Positions 57,073 to 64,000 of a DNA stretch of 64,000 nucleotides are shown here, in pieces. Source of the stretch: an uncultured Gammaproteobacteria bacterium (GTDB taxonomy: Bacteria > Patescibacteriota > Microgenomatia > Levybacterales > UBA12049); the NCBI GenBank assembly GCA_964490105.1, contig CAZAZU010000001.1, positions 370,361 through 434,360 on the forward strand. Reading direction: 5' to 3'. Made by a program: the position numbers and the translations under genes. Each line of letters opens with the position of its first letter. Positions within the stretch are counted from its first letter, which is position 1. Below the pieces are notes generated by a model. That model made no database searches. It was not told the DNA's origin and was given only the letters and a program-made list of their open reading frames with translations.

Positions 57073-57147
57073 TTCTGTTCAGCATGGTCCATATTATCAC
57101 ATAAATTGCGCTTATTTAAAGAATTAATTCGACTAGACTTTGCATTG

Positions 57148-58314
57148 CTATGAAAGAATTCGAATTATTTTATTAATATCTTTCTTTGATAATTCGGGAT
57201 TATTTCCAATATAAAATCCTTGATCATGCGCAATGCCCGCATTTTTATTATATACACGACTTTTAATATATTTACTAAAGAATGGCTGTCTAGTTAAATC
57301 ACCGCCCACTATTGGTCTAGTTTCAATTACATTTTCACACTTTCTTAGAAGATTATCCCTTATCCTACCTGATTTACATATAATAGGAATTGCGAAGTTT
57401 GAAACAAAATCTATATGATCGTACTTTAGCTGATAATAATTTTTATTATCATAAATAGATTCAGCGATTGTTAAGAAATTGCTGTTCCGTCTATTATTAA
57501 TTTCGTCTATATATTTTATTCCAATATTACCCACAAATCCATTTATTTCTGTTGGCCTCAAGTTATATCCTAAATCATAAAATGTATATCTTGAGTAAAA
57601 AGTAGAATTAACCTTAAATTTTTTTCTAATTTGGTCCTGATTAGCAAAATTAAGATTTCTGTCCCATCCATGCGCTCTTACCATACATAACATATCCATC
57701 AACTCTTCATCGTCAGTACAAACTACCCCGCCTTCAATAGTTGAAAGATGATGCCCAACATAAAAAGAGCAAGTACTTGCTAATCCAAAATTACCTAACT
57801 TTGTCCCCTTATATATTGTCCCTAAAGACTCACAATTATCTTCAATAAGAATTATTTTATTTTTTTTGCAAATACTTTGTATATTATCCAAATCACTGCA
57901 AAATCCCAAAGCATTCGTAACAAATAAAGCTTTAAGCTTTTTTTTAGCAATTACAGCATTAAGTTTTTGACTTGAAATATTGAGGGTATCAATTTCTATA
58001 TCAATTGGGACCGGGTTTAAACCTAACTGAATCAAGGGCATAACATTCGTACTCCAAGATAATGCTGAAAAACCTACATTATCTCCCTTCTTTAGCCTCC
58101 GTAAATTAAGTAAAGATTGAATTAGCGCCAAATTTGCAGAACTTCCGCTATTAACAAACGCACAATATTTTCTTTCTTGATACTTCGCAAATTTTTTTTC
58201 GAATTTCTCACACTCTGAACTGAAGCTTAACTTTTTGGACTTCTTTATAAATCTTGCTAGTTCTCTTTTGACACTCTCCTCTTTGTAGAATGTCGACTTA
58301 ATTAACGGAATCAT
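57148..58314 (-). CDS. DegT/DnrJ/EryC1-family PLP/PMP enzyme, ColD-like (GDP-4-keto-6-deoxymannose 3-dehydratase-type; His-His replaces the Schiff-base Lys)
   Basis: NSGSSANLALI, KKGD...SALSWSTN, LIEDNCESLGT, CSFYVGHHLSTIEGGVVCTDDEEL, VRAHGWDRNL and TRPIVGGDL track ColD. The position normally occupied by the PLP lysine (SFHxxKxxxxGEGG) reads SFYVGHH, the hallmark of PMP-dependent 3-dehydratases such as ColD and E1. Confidence 0.65.
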   Translation of the reverse strand: MIPLIKSTFYKEESVKRELARFIKKSKKLSFSSECEKFEKKFAKYQERKYCAFVNSGSSANLALIQSLLNLRRLKKGDNVGFSALSWSTNVMPLIQLGLNPVPIDIEIDTLNISSQKLNAVIAKKKLKALFVTNALGFCSDLDNIQSICKKNKIILIEDNCESLGTIYKGTKLGNFGLASTCSFYVGHHLSTIEGGVVCTDDEELMDMLCMVRAHGWDRNLNFANQDQIRKKFKVNSTFYSRYTFYDLGYNLRPTEINGFVGNIGIKYIDEINNRRNSNFLTIAESIYDNKNYYQLKYDHIDFVSNFAIPIICKSGRIRDNLLRKCENVIETRPIVGGDLTRQPFFSKYIKSRVYNKNAGIAHDQGFYIGNNPELSKKDINKIIRILS

Positions 58315-58465
58315 ATGGTTTTCTAATTCTTAAAAGAAACTATACCTAATTCATGGCAGAAGTGAACCTGATATTGCCCTACTTTTATCAGTCTATATAT
58401 TAACACAAGAAATTAGTTTTTACTGAGCAGTATTATAGTTTTGCTTGTTATTGAGCTTTAAATTA

Positions 58466-59578
58466 TTAACTTAATGCAAATTCTAAAAACCTATTCGTAG
58501 TATTAGACCACGTGTGTTTCTTTCTTTCACTTATAGCTCCTTTTTGTAATTTATTGTATAAATTTTCATCCTGCAATATTTTTTGAATATTTTCTGAAAG
58601 ATTTTCTGGATTATTTTCCTGGCAAATTTTTCCATTAACATTGTCCTTAACGATGTCTTTTAGACCCGGGACGTTATAAACTACTGCGGGAGTACCTCTC
58701 GCTCCTGCTTCGTGTACGGTTAAGCCCCACCCCTCCTTAACTGATGGAGCAATTAAAATATGTGCTCTAGTTAATAACTCTTCTTTCTTTTCCTCAGTAA
58801 CATAGTCAAAAAACCGAATGTTTTCTTTAAGATCCGAATCCTTCACAAGCCTATGAAGCTCAACTACAAACTCAGCCTCTCCCCGGCCTATTATCCAAAG
58901 CATGATATCTGGAATGTTTTTCTTAAGGATCTCAACTGATTTAATCGCGTCAACTACTCCTTTTGTTTTAGAAAGACGGGAAACGAAAATTAATGTTTTT
59001 TCCTTTTCTTTTTTAGGAAGACTACTAACCATTCTTGAATTTGAACCCATGGGAATTACTTTTACTTGTGATTTAGTAAAACCGTTCTTTTCAATTTCTT
59101 CTTTTGAAGATTCTGAAATAGTAACAACTGGTATTTTTTTATAAAAGCTAGGATAAATTTTTTCAATTATTTTTCCAAATATGTTAAATGGAAAACCTAC
59201 CGCGATATTCCAAAGATCTCCTGCAACTTCACAAATTAATGCAACTTTTTTTTCCTTAACATAAAACGGTGTAAAAAAGGGAATTCCGTGCACCTCGTCA
59301 ATTACCAAATCAACTTTCCCCTGAAAATCTCTCTTATACAGTTTGTAAGCAGCAAAATGCACTGATCTAAATAATCTTCTTGCATCAGGATCTCCTGATC
59401 TAATTATTTTAACGCCTTCAATTATTTCTTCTTCTTTAGCGCCTTTAAACTTCGCACTAATCTGCGTTACAACGTGTCCTTTTTTTACAAATCCAGATGC
59501 TAATTCCTGAGTCAGAATCTCAGCTCCCCCGGATGAAGGATTTTTAATATCTCTCCAATTTAAAATTAATATTTTCAT
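58466..59578 (-). CDS. Glycosyltransferase family 4
   Basis: EGWGLTVHEAGARGTPAVVYNVPGLKDIV is the GT4 C-terminal signature. Confidence 0.8.
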   Translation of the reverse strand: MKILILNWRDIKNPSSGGAEILTQELASGFVKKGHVVTQISAKFKGAKEEEIIEGVKIIRSGDPDARRLFRSVHFAAYKLYKRDFQGKVDLVIDEVHGIPFFTPFYVKEKKVALICEVAGDLWNIAVGFPFNIFGKIIEKIYPSFYKKIPVVTISESSKEEIEKNGFTKSQVKVIPMGSNSRMVSSLPKKEKEKTLIFVSRLSKTKGVVDAIKSVEILKKNIPDIMLWIIGRGEAEFVVELHRLVKDSDLKENIRFFDYVTEEKKEELLTRAHILIAPSVKEGWGLTVHEAGARGTPAVVYNVPGLKDIVKDNVNGKICQENNPENLSENIQKILQDENLYNKLQKGAISERKKHTWSNTTNRFLEFALS

Positions 59579-60909
59579 AAATCTCTATAAAGAATTACAG
59601 CAAGAAAACTTAGTGAAAAAATTACAGTTAAAAATAAATAGTTAAGTGAAAATATTTGTTTCTTAAATTTAATATTTGGAAAAAATAAAGGTAAAAGAGT
59701 AATACTAGATAAAACTAAGAATCCTCTAAAAGCTAGGAATGAAAACCCGAACATATTTGTCCATGTGAGTTCTAAAAGCGAAAGACCAAGGAATAAAATA
59801 AATAAAAATGTAAGTAAAATATTTTTATTAAAGTACTCTTTTATAAAAATTGCTAAAGAAATTGCCAGAAATGGATAAAAAGGATATCTATACCAACCGT
59901 GTCCCGGTTCATTTGGAATTGCAAAAATAAATACTGCTAAGTAGGCAAAAATCCCTAAAATCGGCAGGAAATTTTTCTTAAAGTCTTTTATTAAAAGAAG
60001 GAAGAATGATATCCAGCCAAAATATATCCAGCCGTCAATCATATGTCTGTCCACCATAAATGGTTCCTTAAAAAGCGCGTAAACACTGTTAAAAGTCAGG
60101 TCATATCTTTGGAGTTGAAGTTTCCAAAGACTTACAAATAAATTCCAGTCATAATAATATCCATAAGCTAAGTACCCCAGAAAAAATGCCAATACTGTTC
60201 CAGAAACTAACAAACTCTCTTTATATTTCTTAGAATAAATTAAAATGGAAATTACAGCCAAGCTTGCAGCGATCCAGGGTATTTTAGAAACAAGTAAAAG
60301 ACCACACAGAACAGAAACTATAGCGATAAATATCTTATTCTTTGTTTTTATATATTTTATCGTAAACAGAAGAGCTATAAGGAATCCTGGAATGAAAAAA
60401 TTCTCGTTCTGAACAATTCTAGAACCTATTGCAACAGTTGGAATAATCGCATAAATAAAGCTAGCAAGAAGAGCTGTTTCTTTATCATAAATTTCTTTTA
60501 CGAGAAGAAATAAAACACCTATTGAGATGACACCAAGAATAATCGCTAGCGGACGGATCCTTCCAACATCAATGTCATACATGTTATCTGCGCCATTTAA
60601 AAGTGCGAATGAGCCTGCTACGACTCCAAAAAATGGCGGGTGCTCTAAATATGGTCTGACAATCCAAAAAGCAGCACCTTTATAAATCAGGTGCTCTCTT
60701 TCAGAATTTAAATACTGCGGATGCGAAGACCAGGATTTTGGTGCTCCTTCCTGAATCAGATTTATTCCAAGCCATGTCCAAGCAAACTCATCCATGGTAG
60801 CTCCAAATCTGGGTGTTATTGCATAATTATGAACTCGTAAAACTAGTCCAATCAGTAAGATTGAAGCAATAATAATTAATGTTTTTCTTTTTAAAATTTC
60901 TTTAACCAT
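59575..60909 (-). CDS. Polytopic membrane GT-C glycosyltransferase, PMT_2/ArnT-like (polyprenyl-P-sugar dependent)
   Basis: 444 aa with roughly 11 TM helices. The first-loop DE motif (GATMDEFAWTW) follows TM1. It is coupled (1-nt overlap) to the upstream DPM1-like GT2 gene. Confidence 0.55.
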   Translation of the reverse strand: MVKEILKRKTLIIIASILLIGLVLRVHNYAITPRFGATMDEFAWTWLGINLIQEGAPKSWSSHPQYLNSEREHLIYKGAAFWIVRPYLEHPPFFGVVAGSFALLNGADNMYDIDVGRIRPLAIILGVISIGVLFLLVKEIYDKETALLASFIYAIIPTVAIGSRIVQNENFFIPGFLIALLFTIKYIKTKNKIFIAIVSVLCGLLLVSKIPWIAASLAVISILIYSKKYKESLLVSGTVLAFFLGYLAYGYYYDWNLFVSLWKLQLQRYDLTFNSVYALFKEPFMVDRHMIDGWIYFGWISFFLLLIKDFKKNFLPILGIFAYLAVFIFAIPNEPGHGWYRYPFYPFLAISLAIFIKEYFNKNILLTFLFILFLGLSLLELTWTNMFGFSFLAFRGFLVLSSITLLPLFFPNIKFKKQIFSLNYLFLTVIFSLSFLAVILYRDL

Positions 60910-61646
60910 TATTTATAATAATTTAGGATTCTTAATCTATAAAAAACTGCTAACGTGTCAACTAGTGTCAGGAATGAAATTTTCCAGAAGTTAGTACTAG
61001 TTACACTTCCCTGTTTAAAAGTTAATTTTATAGGAGCCTCTATAATTTTTGTATAACCTAACATTCTTGCTACAGCAAGAACCTCAACATCAAACGCAAA
61101 CGCTTTAACAATTATCTTAGGAAATACTTCTTTAGCTGTTTTTTTTCTAAAGAATTTAAGTCCAACCTGAGTATCCCTAACACTAAGCCTGAAAAGTACT
61201 TTAATTAGACTCCTATATCCCCATGACAATATTTTTCTGCTTAACGGGTACTTAATAATCGAGTCCGGATGAAGCTTGCTTCCTATAACTATATCTGCTT
61301 TATTCCATTCCATCATGTTTAACATGAGCGATATTTCTGAAGGACTCAAGTCCATACCGGCATCTATAAACCCGATTACATCTCCCTTTGCCTTTTCCAC
61401 CCCAAGTTTTATTGCAAAACCTTTACCTTTATTTAATTCGTAGCCGAGAGGAATAAGTTTATTGTTTTTTATTTGTTTTAGTTTTTCAAATGTCTGATCC
61501 AGGAATCCATCAACAACTACTATTATTTCATACTCAGATGTTATAGAACTTAACGCCAAATCAAGATTTTTTACATCTTCTATTATTGTTTTCTCTTGTT
61601 TATAGGCAGGAACTATTAATGAGATAAAATTAGCCGACATAAGCAT
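60909..61646 (-). CDS. GT2 polyprenyl-phosphate sugar synthase, DPM1-like (no TM)
   Basis: LIVPAYKQEKTI, IIVVVDGFLDQT, IGFIDAGMDLSPSE and GSKLHPDSII...RDTQVGLKFF are DPM1-like signatures. Confidence 0.72.
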   Translation of the reverse strand: MLMSANFISLIVPAYKQEKTIIEDVKNLDLALSSITSEYEIIVVVDGFLDQTFEKLKQIKNNKLIPLGYELNKGKGFAIKLGVEKAKGDVIGFIDAGMDLSPSEISLMLNMMEWNKADIVIGSKLHPDSIIKYPLSRKILSWGYRSLIKVLFRLSVRDTQVGLKFFRKKTAKEVFPKIIVKAFAFDVEVLAVARMLGYTKIIEAPIKLTFKQGSVTSTNFWKISFLTLVDTLAVFYRLRILNYYK

Positions 61647-62926
61647 TATCTATAGCTGAGCTTGAATTGATTTATTTTCAAATAATACACGACGAGAGAA
61701 ATCATTAGCAACATAGATGAAAAAATTGAAACATAGATAACCTGACTGAAAGTTGAGTGGAAAATCCACATTAAAATTATCTGAAATAACGCAAATAATA
61801 GAGTGATTAAAAATACTTTTGTTTTTTTAATTGAGAGAAAAAAGCTGATGAAAACATTATTAACACTATAGATTGTAAGAAAAATTCCGAAAAGTCCAAG
61901 GTATGGGGCAATCACTAAATAATCCCCTCCTCCTAAAAATAGCGAAACGGTGAAATTAGGAAAAAGGAAATAAAAACCAGTCATGAAAATTGACGGCAGA
62001 AGAACAAGAGCGAGGGCTATATAAAAAAGATTATTATAGTTTTCCTTGTTTGTATGACGCTTAACGATTAATGGAAACATGGCGATTGGGATTGGACCAG
62101 TAAAATAGAAAATTACTTTTCCGATTAAAGATAGCCCTCCATAAAAACCAGCATCCTGAGAACTGAAAAAATGCTTAACTAATAAAACATCAGATGATAT
62201 AAATGATGATAATGAAAATATCGCAATCGAAGTTGGAATTGCATATAAAACAATATCAGACCTATCTATATTTATTTTTTTATTTGCTCCAACAATTACT
62301 TTCCTTAAAACAATAAAACTTATCGAAAATCCTATTATCGAAGAAATAATAACAGCGCCTAATGCTCCAAAAACCTTAAATCCTAAAATTATAAGAAGTA
62401 CACCAAATGCAAGCTTTCCTATTCCGCCCAACAAATAAAGGAAACCTAAGAGCTTGAACCTCAACATACTTTGAACAAATGCCATGTTTAAAGTAGCAAG
62501 ATAAAAAATCGCTATTGAGAATCCCACCATAACTACAAGTCCCAGCTCGTCAATTTTGAGAAACGACATAATTAGACTAGATACCAAAATGATGCCAACA
62601 TTTAGAACAATACTGAAAACTAGGATGTATTTAAATGCTTTAATGTAAAATGCTCCGGCTCTTTCGTTTTCATTCCTAGAAAAAAATTGTGCTGCATATC
62701 TGACAATAATTGACGACAAAGAACTAGCAGGAATTGTTACGAGAGTTATTAAAGACATCAGACTAGCAAATGTTCCATAATCCGAATAGCTTAAACTTCT
62801 TGCAAAATAAACATTTAATATGAATGCGAGAAAACTTGATGCAGTAGTCCCGATAAGTACAAAAAAACTTCCTGAAATCAAATCGTGCTTTATACTACTT
62901 AAAATAATCTTTTTAATCTTATCCAT
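61646..62926 (-). CDS. Wzx-type oligosaccharide flippase (MOP superfamily polysaccharide biosynthesis protein)
   Basis: 426 aa, roughly 12 TM helices, with an N-terminal Polysacc_synt-like pattern (LISGSFFVLIGTTASSFLAFILNVYFARSLS). Confidence 0.72.
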   Translation of the reverse strand: MDKIKKIILSSIKHDLISGSFFVLIGTTASSFLAFILNVYFARSLSYSDYGTFASLMSLITLVTIPASSLSSIIVRYAAQFFSRNENERAGAFYIKAFKYILVFSIVLNVGIILVSSLIMSFLKIDELGLVVMVGFSIAIFYLATLNMAFVQSMLRFKLLGFLYLLGGIGKLAFGVLLIILGFKVFGALGAVIISSIIGFSISFIVLRKVIVGANKKINIDRSDIVLYAIPTSIAIFSLSSFISSDVLLVKHFFSSQDAGFYGGLSLIGKVIFYFTGPIPIAMFPLIVKRHTNKENYNNLFYIALALVLLPSIFMTGFYFLFPNFTVSLFLGGGDYLVIAPYLGLFGIFLTIYSVNNVFISFFLSIKKTKVFLITLLFALFQIILMWIFHSTFSQVIYVSIFSSMLLMISLVVYYLKINQFKLSYR

Positions 62927-63987
62927 TAACTGAATTCAGAAATCTTCTTGTATACTTCATAAGTTTCCATAGCAGTTTTTTCCCAATTGAATTTTTTGGC
63001 ATTTTCAAATCCAAGTTTTATAAACTTTCCTCTTAATTCATTGTCTTCAAATATATTCTCAATTCCCTCTCTGATTGAGTCAACACTTAACGGATCAACA
63101 TAATAAGCCGCATTCCCCGCCACTTCCGGGAGTGAGCCCGACTTAGAAGTAATAACCGGGCAGCCTGACTGCATAGCTTCGAGAATTGGCAATCCAAAAC
63201 CCTCGTAAAGAGACGGCATACAAAGAACTACGGCTGAATTATAAATTCCCACAAGGTCTTCATTTTCTACAAATCCCAGCGAAATAATATTTTTATTTTT
63301 AGCAGCTAACTCTTGAGAGTTTTTAAGGTCCTTGTTCCAAGGACTATTCTTATCATAGTTTTTATTCTTAAAAGCTTGACCTACAATTACGAGCGGGTAG
63401 TTTGTAAGATTTATTGCCTCCATGAGTCTAGGTAAATTTTTATTTGATGTAACGTCACCTACATAAAGCGCAAATTTCTGAGGAAGATTGAATTTTTTTA
63501 TCACCTGGTTCTTTTTTTCTACAGAAACTGGTTTATAATGTTTTCCTGCTGCCAGATAAACTACCCGGATCTTAGAATCTTCGTAATTTGCGATTTTAAC
63601 AATATCTTTCTTCGAGGATTCCGAGTCAGTAATAATAAAATCTGAATTTTTAAGAATTTTTTTTTGAATTTGCCACTTCACTCCGCCTTTTAGTCCTGAC
63701 GGAAATTCATTTTTAAAAACAATTGGTGTGAAGTCGTGAACCGTAATTACCGTTTTAACAGTCTTTTTTAATGGAAGTGTTAAAAAAAATGGTTCAAAAT
63801 ATGGATAATGAATTAGATCGATTTTCCCATCCAACTTTTCACCCCTTTTTGTAAATAAAAACTCACCTTCACCGTATTTCTCTAGAAGAGCCTCTTTTAG
63901 GTTATTTAGATAAAATCCTGTTCCCCTTACTCTATGCTGAAGAAAATGACCGGACGTAATAGGGGATATATCAATTGCTACCTTCAT
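62926..63987 (-). CDS. Glycosyltransferase family 4
   Basis: [38 protein letters not shown] is the GT4 C-terminal signature. Confidence 0.82.
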   Translation of the reverse strand: MKVAIDISPITSGHFLQHRVRGTGFYLNNLKEALLEKYGEGEFLFTKRGEKLDGKIDLIHYPYFEPFFLTLPLKKTVKTVITVHDFTPIVFKNEFPSGLKGGVKWQIQKKILKNSDFIITDSESSKKDIVKIANYEDSKIRVVYLAAGKHYKPVSVEKKNQVIKKFNLPQKFALYVGDVTSNKNLPRLMEAINLTNYPLVIVGQAFKNKNYDKNSPWNKDLKNSQELAAKNKNIISLGFVENEDLVGIYNSAVVLCMPSLYEGFGLPILEAMQSGCPVITSKSGSLPEVAGNAAYYVDPLSVDSIREGIENIFEDNELRGKFIKLGFENAKKFNWEKTAMETYEVYKKISEFS

Positions 63988-64000
63988 CCAGTTAGAAAAG

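Noticed and set aside
184-59144. All plus-strand ORFs in the track (60-130 aa; e.g. 184-369, 1001-1204, 10608-11000, 14834-15199, 37178-37498, 49318-49653, 58902-59144)
   Set aside because: Each lies antisense within a longer minus-strand gene that has clear family motifs. Their products are low-complexity (S/L/F-rich) without recognisable domains.
1-64000. CRISPR arrays, tRNA/rRNA genes, transposases/integrases, phage genes
   Set aside because: There are no regularly spaced direct repeats and no intergenic gap large enough or tRNA-like (no GTTCGA T-loop motifs in the gaps). No ORF has transposase or integrase motifs. The only repeat structure found is the inverted repeat at 21405-21518.

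Overview
This is an AT-rich bacterial window with short, tightly packed, often overlapping genes. Every gene I can support lies on the minus strand, so all are described in the minus-strand direction (high to low coordinates). The gene content (reduced dcw cluster, alpha2-type GlyRS, a DUF4012-like protein) suggests a small-genome, Patescibacteria/CPR-like organism, though I cannot prove that from sequence alone. The window has two parts.

(1) Positions 89-14529 hold a compact division/cell-wall (dcw) cluster: mraZ, rsmH, ftsL-like, ftsI, murF, murE, murC, murA, a stand-alone GlmU uridyltransferase domain, mraY, ftsW, murG, an ftsQ-like gene and ftsA. MraZ-box direct repeats and a promoter sit upstream of mraZ. 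MurE and MurF both lack their N-terminal domains. murD, murB and ddl are absent from the cluster.

(2) After a short housekeeping stretch (two unknown ORFs, glyQS-type GlyRS, a short RecO, a DUF4012-like protein), positions 19664 to the window end (>63987) form a roughly 44 kb, about 40-gene, single-strand glycan assembly supercluster. It contains:
- a PglC-like initiating phosphoglycosyl transferase;
- ManC;
- about 11 GT4 and 6 GT2 glycosyltransferases;
- six large polytopic GT-C-like membrane proteins, including a 1075-aa Wzy_C/O-antigen-ligase domain fused to a GT-C-like domain;
- two polyprenyl-phosphate-sugar synthase (DPM1/GtrB-like) genes, each paired with a GT-C partner;
- a Wzx flippase;
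- five SDR epimerase/reductases, one strongly resembling GDP-mannose 3,5-epimerase;
- a ColD-like DegT-family enzyme with His-His in place of the PLP lysine (a sugar 3-dehydratase signature);
- a NodU/CmcH carbamoyltransferase;
- an FkbM and two class-I methyltransferases;
- two hexapeptide acetyltransferases.

I found no rRNA, tRNA, CRISPR, transposase or integrase. Non-coding points of interest are the mraZ operator, a palindromic promoter upstream of the DUF4012 gene, and a long GC-rich imperfect inverted repeat that fills the GT4/manC intergenic region and abuts the manC start codon.

All functional calls come from motif-level reading of the provided translations against remembered family signatures. 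No database search was run.
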